Source: Escherichia coli
Lineage (GTDB): Bacteria; Pseudomonadota; Gammaproteobacteria; Enterobacterales; Enterobacteriaceae
Assembly: GCF_018884365.1 (NCBI RefSeq)
Contig: NZ_CP035836.1
DNA length: 32,000 nt
Reading direction: 5' to 3' (one strand)
Part shown: positions 1 to 9,951 of the stretch, piece after piece
Layout of the letters: the number at the start of each line of letters is the position of its first letter
Numbering within the stretch: the stretch's first letter is position 1
Made by a program: the position numbers and the translations under genes
The notes under the pieces: generated by a model
The model's input: only the letters and a program-made list of their open reading frames with translations
What the model was told of the DNA's origin: nothing
Database searches by the model: none

Positions 1-707
1 TGCGTCGTGAAGGTTTCGAACTGGCGGTATCCCGTCCGAAAGTTATCTTCCGTGAAATCGACGGTCGTAAACAAGAGCCGTATGAAAACGTGACTCTGGA
101 CGTTGAAGAACAGCATCAGGGTTCTGTAATGCAGGCGCTGGGCGAACGTAAAGGCGACCTGAAAAACATGAATCCAGACGGTAAAGGCCGCGTACGTCTC
201 GACTACGTGATCCCAAGCCGTGGTCTGATTGGCTTCCGTTCTGAGTTCATGACCATGACTTCCGGTACTGGTCTGCTGTACTCCACCTTCAGCCACTACG
301 ACGACGTACGTCCGGGTGAAGTGGGTCAGCGTCAGAACGGCGTACTGATCTCTAACGGTCAGGGTAAAGCGGTCGCGTTCGCGCTGTTCGGTCTGCAGGA
401 TCGCGGTAAGCTGTTCCTCGGTCACGGTGCAGAAGTTTACGAAGGTCAGATTATCGGTATTCACAGCCGCTCTAACGACCTGACGGTAAACTGCCTGACT
501 GGTAAGAAACTGACCAACATGCGTGCTTCCGGTACTGACGAAGCCGTTGTTCTGGTTCCGCCTATCCGCATGACTCTGGAACAAGCTCTGGAGTTCATCG
601 ATGATGACGAACTGGTAGAAGTGACTCCGACCTCTATCCGTATTCGTAAACGTCACCTGACTGAAAACGATCGTCGTCGCGCCAACCGCGCACCGAAAGA
701 CGATTAA
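1..707 (+). CDS. typA: TypA/BipA ribosome-associated GTPase, C-terminal part (5'-truncated by window)
   Basis: The reading frame is open from the window start. The C-terminal protein (SRGLIGFRSEFMTMTSGTGLLYSTFSHYDDVRPGEVGQRQNGVLISNGQGKAVAFALFGLQDRGKLF...) is recognised as TypA/BipA. Listed ORF is 90-707. Confidence 0.97.
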   Translation, partial: RREGFELAVSRPKVIFREIDGRKQEPYENVTLDVEEQHQGSVMQALGERKGDLKNMNPDGKGRVRLDYVIPSRGLIGFRSEFMTMTSGTGLLYSTFSHYDDVRPGEVGQRQNGVLISNGQGKAVAFALFGLQDRGKLFLGHGAEVYEGQIIGIHSRSNDLTVNCLTGKKLTNMRASGTDEAVVLVPPIRMTLEQALEFIDDDELVEVTPTSIRIRKRHLTENDRRRANRAPKDD

Positions 708-723
708 TTTCGTTTTTTAGTTA

Positions 724-758
724 TAAAAAACCTGCCATCGCTGGCAGGTTTTTTTTTA
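724..758 (+). terminator. Rho-independent terminator after typA
   Basis: aaaaaaCCTGCCAtcgcTGGCAGGttttttttt: 7-bp perfect arms (731-737 / 742-748) flanked by A and T runs. Confidence 0.93.
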
Positions 759-923
759 CCTGTCGTGAGCGCACACCAATGCGAGTATCTCCCTTATAAG
801 TCTGGGATTACGTCAATAGAGAGCTTTGTCACAATTATCTGCAAAGTCATACGCCGTTAATTGCTTTCTTTTTTGGCGTAAGCGTAAGATGCTTCATCTG
901 GTTTAAACCAAAAGGATTAAACA

Positions 924-1634
924 ATGGCGGAGAATCAATCCACCGTAGAAAATGCAAAAGAGAAACTGGATCGGTGGTTGAAAGATGGCATCACCACGCC
1001 GGGTGGAAAACTCCCTTCAGAAAGAGAGCTGGGAGAACTGCTGGGCATTAAACGTATGACGCTGCGCCAGGCGTTGTTGAACCTCGAGGCAGAATCCAAA
1101 ATCTTCCGTAAGGATCGTAAGGGGTGGTTCGTGACCCAGCCGCGATTTAATTACAGTCCGGAGCTGTCAGCGAGCTTTCAGCGGGCCGCAATTGAGCAAG
1201 GACGAGAGCCTTCCTGGGGGTTTACCGAGAAAAACCGTACCAGCGATATTCCCGAGACGCTCGCGCCACTGATTGCAGTGACACCATCAACTGAACTCTA
1301 TCGCATCACCGGCTGGGGGGCGCTGGAAGGACATAAAGTTTTCTATCACGAAACATATATTAATCCTGAAGTTGCTCCGGGTTTTATTGAACAACTTGAA
1401 AACCACTCATTTTCTGCAGTCTGGGAAAAGTGCTACCAAAAAGAGACGGTAGTAAAAAAATTGATTTTCAAACCCGTCAGAATGCCGGGCGATATCAGCA
1501 AGTATCTTGGCGGTTCTGCGGGTATGCCAGCGATCTTAATTGAAAAGCATCGCGCCGACCAGCAAGGCAATATTGTCCAGATAGATATTGAATATTGGCG
1601 ATTTGAGGCCGTAGACCTCATCATTAATCTGTAG
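924..1634 (+). CDS. yihL: GntR-family transcriptional regulator with UTRA-like effector domain
   Basis: 236-aa ORF. N-terminal winged HTH (GGKLPSERELGELLGIKRMTLRQALLNLEAE) is typical of the GntR/HutC group; position after typA matches E. coli yihL. Confidence 0.95.
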   Translation: MAENQSTVENAKEKLDRWLKDGITTPGGKLPSERELGELLGIKRMTLRQALLNLEAESKIFRKDRKGWFVTQPRFNYSPELSASFQRAAIEQGREPSWGFTEKNRTSDIPETLAPLIAVTPSTELYRITGWGALEGHKVFYHETYINPEVAPGFIEQLENHSFSAVWEKCYQKETVVKKLIFKPVRMPGDISKYLGGSAGMPAILIEKHRADQQGNIVQIDIEYWRFEAVDLIINL

Positions 1635-1641
1635 GTGTTTT

Positions 1642-2622
1642 ATGGTGACAATAAATAACGCAAGAAAGATTCTACAACGTGTCGACACTCTTCCTCTTTA
1701 TTTACATGCTTATGCCTTTCATTTAAATATGCGGCTGGAAAGAGTGTTGCCTGCTGATTTACTTGATATCGCAAGTGAAAATAATCTACGTGGCGTCAAA
1801 ATCCATGTTCTGGATGGCGAGCGTTTTTCTCTTGGTAATATGGACGATAAAGAACTCTCTGCCTTTGGAGATAAAGCCCGCCGTCTGAACCTTGATATTC
1901 ATATTGAAACCAGCGCCTCAGATAAGGCATCTATTGACGAAGCCGTCGCCATCGCGTTGAAAACTGGGGCATCGTCCGTACGTTTTTATCCACGTTATGA
2001 AGGTAATTTGCGCGACGTATTATCGATTATCGCTAACGACATTGCCTATGTACGGGAAACGTATCAGGACAGCGGCCTGACTTTTACGATCGAGCAGCAT
2101 GAAGATTTAAAAAGTCATGAGCTGGTGTCGCTGGTCAAAGAAAGTGAGATGGAGTCTCTTTCCTTACTGTTTGATTTTGCGAACATGATCAATGCAAATG
2201 AGCATCCCATCGACGCCTTAAAAACGATGGCACCGCATATTACCCAGGTCCATATCAAAGATGCCTTGATCGTTAAAGAACAGGGTGGCCTGGGTCATAA
2301 AGCCTGTATTTCAGGTCAGGGTGATATGCCGTTCAAAGCGTTATTAACGCACCTTATCTGCCTGGGTGATGATGAGCCGCAGGTGACGGCATATGGCCTG
2401 GAAGAAGAGGTTGATTACTATGCGCCGGCGTTCCGCTTTGAAGACGAAGATGATAATCCGTGGATCCCTTATCGCCAGATGAGTGAAACACCATTGCCAG
2501 AAAATCATTTACTGGATGCGCGGTTACGTAAAGAAAAAGAAGATGCAATTAATCAGATAAATCATGTGCGTAACGTACTACAACAAATCAAACAAGAGGC
2601 AAACCATCTTCTGAACCACTAA
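1642..2622 (+). CDS. yihM: Putative sugar isomerase/epimerase (xylose-isomerase-like TIM barrel)
   Basis: 326-aa ORF closely following yihL on the same strand; recognised as YihM. Confidence 0.92.
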   Translation: MVTINNARKILQRVDTLPLYLHAYAFHLNMRLERVLPADLLDIASENNLRGVKIHVLDGERFSLGNMDDKELSAFGDKARRLNLDIHIETSASDKASIDEAVAIALKTGASSVRFYPRYEGNLRDVLSIIANDIAYVRETYQDSGLTFTIEQHEDLKSHELVSLVKESEMESLSLLFDFANMINANEHPIDALKTMAPHITQVHIKDALIVKEQGGLGHKACISGQGDMPFKALLTHLICLGDDEPQVTAYGLEEEVDYYAPAFRFEDEDDNPWIPYRQMSETPLPENHLLDARLRKEKEDAINQINHVRNVLQQIKQEANHLLNH

Positions 2623-2723
2623 TAAGTTTTAACTCATACGCAGTTAATAAAACCATTCCATATGAATGGTCGGTATCTTATTGCCTATAAAACAGTGATT
2701 TTAAAAATCGCTTAGGGGATGTT

Positions 2724-3989
2724 ATGCTCACGAAAAAGAAATGGGCGTTATTTAGTCTATTAACATTGTGTGGCGGTACAATTTATAAATTACCGTCGCT
2801 GAAAGATGCGTTTTATATCCCGATGCAGGAATATTTCCATTTGACCAATGGTCAAATTGGTAATGCTATGTCGGTAAACTCATTTGTCACGACAGTGGGT
2901 TTTTTTCTGTCTATTTATTTTGCCGATAAACTACCGCGCAGATACACCATGTCATTCTCACTCATTGCGACAGGATTACTGGGTGTTTATTTGACGACAA
3001 TGCCGGGGTATTGGGGCATCCTCTTTGTCTGGGCGCTATTTGGCGTTACTTGCGACATGATGAACTGGCCGGTCTTGCTCAAGTCGGTAAGTCGATTGGG
3101 CAATAGCGAACAACAAGGTCGGTTGTTTGGCTTCTTCGAAACAGGGCGTGGCATTGTCGATACCGTGGTGGCATTTTCTGCGTTGGCAGTATTTACCTGG
3201 TTTGGCAGTGGCTTATTGGGTTTTAAAGCAGGCATCTGGTTCTATTCCCTTATTGTGATTGCCGTAGGCATTATCATTTTCTTTGTTCTGAATGACAAAG
3301 AAGAGGCACCGTCCGTTGAGGTGAAAAAAGAAGACGGAGCATCGAAAAACACCAGTATGACCTCGGTGCTGAAAGACAAAACTATCTGGCTTATCGCTTT
3401 TAACGTCTTCTTCGTTTACGCGGTTTACTGTGGCCTGACATTCTTCATTCCATTCCTGAAAAACATCTATCTATTGCCCGTTGCGCTGGTGGGGGCTTAC
3501 GGCATCATTAACCAATACTGTCTGAAAATGATTGGTGGACCGATTGGTGGCATGATTTCAGATAAGATCCTGAAATCGCCAAGTAAATATCTATGCTACA
3601 CCTTTATCATTAGTACCGCTGCGCTCGTACTGTTGATTATGCTGCCGCACGAAAGTATGCCGGTCTATTTAGGGATGGCATGTACGCTGGGCTTTGGCGC
3701 GATAGTCTTTACACAGCGAGCCGTATTTTTTGCACCTATCGGCGAAGCAAAAATTGCTGAAAATAAAACAGGTGCGGCGATGGCGTTGGGTAGCTTTATT
3801 GGTTACGCTCCGGCGATGTTCTGCTTCAGTCTGTATGGCTACATTCTGGATTTAAATCCGGGGATTATTGGCTACAAAATCGTGTTTGGCATTATGGCCT
3901 GCTTCGCATTCAGTGGTGCGGTGGTTTCCGTAATGCTGGTTAAGCGTATTAGCCAACGTAAGAAAGAGATGCTGGCGGCTGAAGCTTAA
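2724..3989 (+). CDS. yihN: MFS transporter, uncharacterised substrate
   Basis: 421-aa polytopic protein with multiple hydrophobic helices; recognised as YihN. Confidence 0.93.
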   Translation: MLTKKKWALFSLLTLCGGTIYKLPSLKDAFYIPMQEYFHLTNGQIGNAMSVNSFVTTVGFFLSIYFADKLPRRYTMSFSLIATGLLGVYLTTMPGYWGILFVWALFGVTCDMMNWPVLLKSVSRLGNSEQQGRLFGFFETGRGIVDTVVAFSALAVFTWFGSGLLGFKAGIWFYSLIVIAVGIIIFFVLNDKEEAPSVEVKKEDGASKNTSMTSVLKDKTIWLIAFNVFFVYAVYCGLTFFIPFLKNIYLLPVALVGAYGIINQYCLKMIGGPIGGMISDKILKSPSKYLCYTFIISTAALVLLIMLPHESMPVYLGMACTLGFGAIVFTQRAVFFAPIGEAKIAENKTGAAMALGSFIGYAPAMFCFSLYGYILDLNPGIIGYKIVFGIMACFAFSGAVVSVMLVKRISQRKKEMLAAEA

Positions 3990-3994
3990 TTAAT

Positions 3995-4017
3995 GGCCGG
4001 ATGTGCTTAATCCGGCC
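3995..4017 (+). terminator. Hairpin just after yihN, possible terminator
   Basis: GGCCGGATgtgcttaATCCGGCC: 8-bp perfect arms within 30 nt of the yihN stop. There is no strong T run, so terminator function is inferred. Confidence 0.5.
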
Positions 4018-4036
4018 AATGAAAACCGTATCAACC

Positions 4037-4070
<34 letters not shown>

Positions 4071-4079
4071 AGTTTCACA

Positions 4080-4772
4080 TCAGAAGAAATACTTCGTCCC
4101 GATACGGATCTGGTTTTGCTCGCGGTGGTACGGTTCGACGTTGCGGTCTAACCAGCGCAATTCGAAATAAGGGAGCCAGTGTTCATTAATACGGTAACGG
4201 AAGGTGTTAGTGATTTCCCAATGATGATCTTTCCCGTTGCTACTATTAAAGTCATTCACTCGCATGAAGTAATGTGGCTCAAATGTATAGGAAAATTTAT
4301 CGGTGATTTTAAAATTCCAGTAGGTGCCAATTTCATAGGTGTCATTATTATCCAGTTCCCCGCTCAAATCTGTTGAACTATAGTTATTATGGTTATAGCG
4401 ATTTCGTACTGTCAGATTAAACCATGGTACAAATTTATAGTTGACGTCCAGATACACTGCACCACCCGAACCGATACTCTTATCATTAATTAAGCCACCG
4501 GGCTGGATGGTTAATTTATCGGTTGGTTTAAATAACGGATACCAGCCTTCAATTTCGTTATATCCATGTTTTAGTTCATCTTCTCGCTGAAAGTTGTAGG
4601 TATTGGTTAACATAATACCCGCGCCCATATCGAAGTTATAACCCACACGTAGCATAACCTCGCCCTGATCGGAGGCAAGATTATATGCCTCCCTGTTTTC
4701 GACGTATGCGCCAGCAAATACCGAGGCAGAGGTCAGAGAAGATAATAAAATTATTGCATTAATCTTTTTCAT
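4080..4772 (-). CDS. ompL: Outer membrane porin L
   Basis: MKKINAIILLSSLTSASVFAGAYVENREAYNL... has a signal peptide, ends in aromatic FF (KYFF), and is recognised as OmpL. Start chosen at the M before KKINA; the listed ORF extends 12 codons further upstream to 4808. Confidence 0.94.
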   Translation of the reverse strand: MKKINAIILLSSLTSASVFAGAYVENREAYNLASDQGEVMLRVGYNFDMGAGIMLTNTYNFQREDELKHGYNEIEGWYPLFKPTDKLTIQPGGLINDKSIGSGGAVYLDVNYKFVPWFNLTVRNRYNHNNYSSTDLSGELDNNDTYEIGTYWNFKITDKFSYTFEPHYFMRVNDFNSSNGKDHHWEITNTFRYRINEHWLPYFELRWLDRNVEPYHREQNQIRIGTKYFF

Positions 4773-4839
4773 AATAAGTCCATTTTTTAAACGTAGGGAG
4801 GCCGCCACCCACCAGGATGGAAATAGCGGCTATTGACAT

Positions 4840-6243
4840 TTATAACGTTACGGAAGCCGTTTTTTCTTCTGTCGCCATCTCTTTATTTTTGCGTTGGTTG
4901 ATTTCCTCAATAATCAATGCAAACCGTTTTTCATTGAGTGTGTAAAAGAATCCCATCGTCAATGCAGCAATAATTGCCAGTGCACAAGGCCAGATAAAAA
5001 TGAGCTGACGCAAACCCTGTAATGTCGCATCGCTTTGCGCGATGTTGGGAACATAACCAATTTGCGTCAGCATAATGCCTGGCAAGAAGCCAGCAAGTGC
5101 GGCAGAAATTTTACGAAAGAAGGTATAACCGGTATAAACAGAACCTTCGGCACGAATACCGGTTTTCCATTCACCGTAATCTACGGTATCTGGTACCAGT
5201 GCCCAGTTCAGGCTGTTTACAAAGGCCGTGCCAAAAAAGGCGACACAAGAGAACATGACGAAAGTGAAAGAGTTACTTCCCCAGAAATAATTCAGTATAT
5301 CACCCACCGCCCACAGCACCATGCCAGCCAGATAAACCTGTTTTTTACCAAAACATTTTACAGTTAATGGCACCAGTAATACGCCGATGAGGATGCATCC
5401 CATACTGAAGAATCCCATCCACGACAATAAATTAATATCATTCAGCACATACTGGGTGTAATAGACCTGAATCGCCAGTTTGATATTAAATGCCGCCAGG
5501 GTACACAAGTTAGCAATGCATAAAACCAGCAATGGCGGATTCCGAAATATCGCGCAAAATGATTTGAGAATACTGGCTTTATGTCCGGTTGGCGTTGTGT
5601 CCACATAATGCTCTTTGACGCCTCTGTAGCACAGCATCATAAAAATAAAGCCGCCAATGGAGAACATAAGTGCCGCACAGGCATAACCGACGGTTGAGTC
5701 AGAAAAAAGCGACTGCAACGGAATAAACGCCACGGTACAAATCAATAGCCCTATGGTTGCACCACCCTGGCGGTAAGCCGCGAGCTGCGCGCGCTCATTC
5801 GGGTTTTTGGTAATTGCCGGGATCATCGCACCATACGAGCAGTTCATCAGACTGTATGAAAGTCCAAACATCATAAACAGCGCGGTGGCAATCGTCGTTT
5901 TAACCGGCAAACAAAAGGTGGTGGCGATAAACTGGAGCGTTGCAATTAACGCCGCCGGAACCGCTGCATATAAAATAAAGGGACGAAATTTGCCTTTAGG
6001 CCCAATATTTTTCCGCGAGTCGAGTAAAAATCCGGTGAGCATATCGGTAAACGCGGTAAAAAACTTCGCCACCAGAAAGATAATCCCGCCATAGTAAGCA
6101 GGCATCCCTAATTCATCGGTATAAAATTTGAGGAGATACAGAGTACCGATGCAGAGCATTAAATTCGAACCGACGTCGCCCATACCATAGGCGATTTTTT
6201 CCCGCAGATTCAGTTTTAATGTCAGTGGATTATGGTCAGACAT
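4840..6243 (-). CDS. yihO: GPH-family cation symporter, proposed sulfoquinovose importer
   Basis: About 467-aa MFS/GPH protein (PLTLKLNLREKIAYGMGDVGSNLMLCIGTLYLLKFYTDELG). Listed ORF starts 2 codons upstream at 6249. Confidence 0.94.
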   Translation of the reverse strand: MSDHNPLTLKLNLREKIAYGMGDVGSNLMLCIGTLYLLKFYTDELGMPAYYGGIIFLVAKFFTAFTDMLTGFLLDSRKNIGPKGKFRPFILYAAVPAALIATLQFIATTFCLPVKTTIATALFMMFGLSYSLMNCSYGAMIPAITKNPNERAQLAAYRQGGATIGLLICTVAFIPLQSLFSDSTVGYACAALMFSIGGFIFMMLCYRGVKEHYVDTTPTGHKASILKSFCAIFRNPPLLVLCIANLCTLAAFNIKLAIQVYYTQYVLNDINLLSWMGFFSMGCILIGVLLVPLTVKCFGKKQVYLAGMVLWAVGDILNYFWGSNSFTFVMFSCVAFFGTAFVNSLNWALVPDTVDYGEWKTGIRAEGSVYTGYTFFRKISAALAGFLPGIMLTQIGYVPNIAQSDATLQGLRQLIFIWPCALAIIAALTMGFFYTLNEKRFALIIEEINQRKNKEMATEEKTASVTL

Positions 6244-6285
6244 AATCACTCCTTATAACGCCCCGCAGGGCGTCGTTTATTATTA

Positions 6286-7671
6286 TTACGCCGTGCGTTT
6301 ACGGGCTTCTATCTCTTCCACAATGCGGACATACATCTTCTCGTTCAGGCTGTAGAAGCAACCCATCGCCACAATGGTGACTACCGCCAGTGCGCTTGGG
6401 TAGATGAAGATCAACTGGCGTAACCCTTCAATGGTGTGGTCAGCCTGTGCGACGTTCGGCACATAGCCAATTTGCGTCAGCATCCAGCCGGGGAAGAAAC
6501 CAGCCAGCGCCTGAGACACTTTGCGAAAGAAGGTAAAACCGGTGTAGACCGTTCCTTCCGAACGCACGCCGGTGCGCCACTCGCCGTACTCGACGGTGTC
6601 GGAAACCAGCGCCCAGTTCAGGCTGTTAACAAACGCTGAGCCAAAGAACGCCAGGCAGGAGAACGCCACGAAGCTGACCGAACCGCCGCCGAAGAAATAG
6701 TTGAGCAGATCGCCCAGCACCCAAATCAGCAGGCCGCCGATATAAACTTTCTTCTTGCCAAAACGTCTGACTGAGGCAGGCATCAGGAATACGCCGATGA
6801 AAATACAGCCCATGCTGAAAAATCCCATATACGACAACAGGATGGGATCGTTAAGCACGTACTGGGTGTAATAGACCTGGATGGCGAGCTTGACGTTAAA
6901 CGCCCCTAAAGTGCAGAGGTTGGCAATGCACAGAATGAACAGCGGGCGGTTACCCGCAATTGCGCGGAAAGATTGCAGCAGGCCCGGCTTTTGCGCCGGA
7001 TTAGCAGGCTGGGTTTCGACATAACGCTCTTTCACGCCCGAGTAGCAGATCCACATAAACAGCAGGCCAAACAGTGAAAACAGCGTGGCGGCGAAGATAT
7101 AGCCAAGTTGCTGATTACCTTCGATAAGATTCATAACTGGCACGAATCCCACCGTGCACAGCAGCAGGCCCAGCGTAGCGCCGCCCTGACGCCATGCCGC
7201 CAGTGAGGCGCGTTCGTTGGGGTTTTTGGTGATAGCGGGAACCATTGCGCCGTAGGAGCAGTTCATCATGCTGAAAAACAGTCCGTAAAGCATAAACAGA
7301 ATAGTGGCCATCACCGTTTTACCGGTGACATCAAACGGTGTGCCGACAAAGTTGGCGATCGCCAGTAAGGTGACCGGGAATGACGCATACAGAATAAAAG
7401 GACGGAACTTACCTTTTGGACCGATCTTGCGTCGGGAATCCAACATAATGCCGGTACCCATATCGGTAAACGCAGTAAAGAATTTTGAAATCAAAAAGAT
7501 AATGCCGCCATAGGTGCCTGGCAGCCCCAGAACGTCGGTATAAAACTTCAAAAGATAAAGCGTACCGATATCCAGCAGGATGTTAGAGGCCAGGTCGCCA
7601 ATACCGTAAGAGAGTTTCTCTTTAAAGGGCAGGCGTAAAGTTGCTGGATCTTCCGTTGTGATGTGACTCAT
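6286..7671 (-). CDS. yihP: GPH-family symporter, proposed 2,3-dihydroxypropane-1-sulfonate exporter; paralogue of YihO
   Basis: MSHITTEDPATLRLPFKEKLSYGIGDLASNILLDIGTLYLLKFYTDVLG..., strongly similar to the adjacent YihO. Start placed at the internal M; listed ORF extends to 7704. Confidence 0.94.
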   Translation of the reverse strand: MSHITTEDPATLRLPFKEKLSYGIGDLASNILLDIGTLYLLKFYTDVLGLPGTYGGIIFLISKFFTAFTDMGTGIMLDSRRKIGPKGKFRPFILYASFPVTLLAIANFVGTPFDVTGKTVMATILFMLYGLFFSMMNCSYGAMVPAITKNPNERASLAAWRQGGATLGLLLCTVGFVPVMNLIEGNQQLGYIFAATLFSLFGLLFMWICYSGVKERYVETQPANPAQKPGLLQSFRAIAGNRPLFILCIANLCTLGAFNVKLAIQVYYTQYVLNDPILLSYMGFFSMGCIFIGVFLMPASVRRFGKKKVYIGGLLIWVLGDLLNYFFGGGSVSFVAFSCLAFFGSAFVNSLNWALVSDTVEYGEWRTGVRSEGTVYTGFTFFRKVSQALAGFFPGWMLTQIGYVPNVAQADHTIEGLRQLIFIYPSALAVVTIVAMGCFYSLNEKMYVRIVEEIEARKRTA

Positions 7672-7716
7672 CGATGTTCTCCCTTTGCCCATGAGTTTCC
7701 CCACGGGCGGATGTGA

Positions 7717-9753
7717 TTAGATGCTTTTTAACGACGCGAACAGTGCCGCCCATTCGCTATCGGCGCGATAAAAGACCGGCGGCTTGCCGATGGGCGCATT
7801 AACGGTAACTTCCCCGCCCCGGAACGCTTCACCCGTCCAGGCGTGGACCCAGTTATCCTCCGGCAGATAGAGCGTCCAGTCGCTACGGCCTTCTTCATGC
7901 ACCGGAGCGACCAGAATGTCGCGACCTAACAGGTACTGATATTTCAGGGTGTAAGTGTGCGCATCGTCTTCGTAATGCAGGAACAGCGGGCGCATAACCG
8001 GCAGGCCGGACTTCGCATTCAGCGCGACGGCCTCTTTCAGGTAAGGTTTCAGGGTGGTGAAGACGGTGGTCATACGGGCGAAATGGGCGATGGTTTCTGC
8101 GTCGCCGTCAAACTGCCAGTTGTCGCCAGGACGGTTACCTTCGTGGGTGCGCATCATCGGCGTGAAGGCGCTGAAATCGCACCAGCGCAGCAGCAGCTCT
8201 TTGCTGCGCTTCATCTCAAACAGGGTGGTGTAACCGCCAATGTCGCTGTGGTGCAGGCCATGTCCGGTCATTGCCAGCGACAGCGCCGCCGGGACAACCG
8301 ACGCCAGGCCATCGTCGAGACTCCAGTCGACGTTCTGGTCGCCCGCCCACATCATGGTGGAGTATTTCTGGCTACCGGTAGAACCGGCGCGCATAAAGAA
8401 AAGGATCTCGCCGAGCTTGCCCGTTTCTTCAAGGGCTTCGTAGTTACACTTCGCCCACAGCGCAGGCCAGGCGTTATGCATAATTTCGGCACTGACGCCG
8501 TTATGCAGGTACGTGTCGGTGGGCAGATACTCGCCGAAGTCAGCCATCCAGCCGCCGCAGCCGAGTTCAATCATGTTCTTTTTGATCACTTCCTTGAACC
8601 AGGCGTAGGCTTCTGGATTAGTGAGATCGACAACGCCGCCGTAAAACTCGCCAAACTCCACCAGATAGTCACCGCCAGAGGCATCTTTTGCCAGATAGCC
8701 GTGTTGTGCCGCTTCTTCGCAGAGATCTTTATCGCTGGCAACATACGGGTTGATATAGGCCAGGAACTGCACGCCCTCCTGATTCCACTGCTTAATGCGT
8801 GAATCCAGTTGCGGGTAGTTTTCGCTGTTCCACTTCCAGTTCCACATCACGCGTTTGCCAAAAGAGGTCATACGAATACCGGACCAGTCCTGCGCCCAGA
8901 TGCCGTTGACCTTCACGCCCGCGTTACGCATGGTGTCCAGTTTCTTCTGGCACACTTCCGTCCCGCCCTGAATGCCGAGCGTTACTCCGTCATAAATCCA
9001 GTCGGGCAGTTCTGGCTGGCGTCCCAGCAGGGCGGTTAATTTTTCCAGCAGGGAAATGTATGTGTCAGCACATTCAAAACGCAGCGTTGCTTTGTCTTCC
9101 CACAGCGCCAGTTCATGGTATTCCGGGGCACTAAAGTCGAAGTTCATATAGCAACTGTTATCAACATGGCAGTAATACTTCTGCGTGCTGACAAACGTAG
9201 GCTGTGGGAAGAAAGTCCAGTAATAGTCGCCGCCCGCATTTTCTTTGCAGTCGGCCTGCCAGGTGACATAGGTTTGTTTGTTGCGACCAACGCCTTGTTC
9301 ACTGGTCCATAGCGGGAACGGTTTGCCACGCAGATCGAAGTAGGAAAACTGTTCGCCGCAGCCGTAGATATGGTCCTCTGGTTGAGCGGCAAGGCGCAGC
9401 CAGATACGGTTGTGGTTAAGGTTGTCGTTTTGTAGTTCCAGCAATAAACGCCCCTGATCGTCGGCAGAGATATTCAGCGTGGCGCTAATGTCAGAACCAC
9501 GGCTGAAATGAATTAACCAACCATCCGGTGACTGGCTGACGATGGCGTCGGTAAGCGCAATTTTCTCCTGTAGTTTATCTTTAATGCTGAAATTACCGCG
9601 GAACATATCGATATCCGCTATACCTGAGCCAATCCATAAACAAGGATTATCTTTGCTATGGGTTAAAATAAGACGTTGTTGAAAATGTAGGGTAAAACTG
9701 TCGTTATTCTGATGAAATTGAAAATCTAATAACTGTGGACGTGGCGTATCCAT
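7717..9753 (-). CDS. yihQ: Sulfoquinovosidase (GH31 family)
   Basis: 678-aa GH31 protein with GIWAQDWSGIRMTSFGKRVMWNWKWN and GGWMADFGEYLP motifs; recognised as YihQ. Confidence 0.96.
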   Translation of the reverse strand: MDTPRPQLLDFQFHQNNDSFTLHFQQRLILTHSKDNPCLWIGSGIADIDMFRGNFSIKDKLQEKIALTDAIVSQSPDGWLIHFSRGSDISATLNISADDQGRLLLELQNDNLNHNRIWLRLAAQPEDHIYGCGEQFSYFDLRGKPFPLWTSEQGVGRNKQTYVTWQADCKENAGGDYYWTFFPQPTFVSTQKYYCHVDNSCYMNFDFSAPEYHELALWEDKATLRFECADTYISLLEKLTALLGRQPELPDWIYDGVTLGIQGGTEVCQKKLDTMRNAGVKVNGIWAQDWSGIRMTSFGKRVMWNWKWNSENYPQLDSRIKQWNQEGVQFLAYINPYVASDKDLCEEAAQHGYLAKDASGGDYLVEFGEFYGGVVDLTNPEAYAWFKEVIKKNMIELGCGGWMADFGEYLPTDTYLHNGVSAEIMHNAWPALWAKCNYEALEETGKLGEILFFMRAGSTGSQKYSTMMWAGDQNVDWSLDDGLASVVPAALSLAMTGHGLHHSDIGGYTTLFEMKRSKELLLRWCDFSAFTPMMRTHEGNRPGDNWQFDGDAETIAHFARMTTVFTTLKPYLKEAVALNAKSGLPVMRPLFLHYEDDAHTYTLKYQYLLGRDILVAPVHEEGRSDWTLYLPEDNWVHAWTGEAFRGGEVTVNAPIGKPPVFYRADSEWAALFASLKSI

Positions 9754-9951
9754 AACTAATCTCCATAGAGTTGAGAACGAGATTGTTGCCTTCCTGTTAT
9801 TACAGGCTTATGTAAAATGATTCTCATAAAACTGATATATAAAAACTTTACAGAAGCTGAGCTGTTTTTAACTTAATAAATTGAAGATACATAATGTTGC
9901 CTTTAGCGAGTGAAATGTTCTTCAATGATTTTGACTGCTAATCAATACAAG

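Noticed and set aside
7957-8802. 281-aa plus-strand ORF antisense to yihQ, the longest of the shadow ORFs
   Set aside because: It lies entirely within the well-supported yihQ coding region on the opposite strand; its length is explained by GC-rich codon usage of yihQ.
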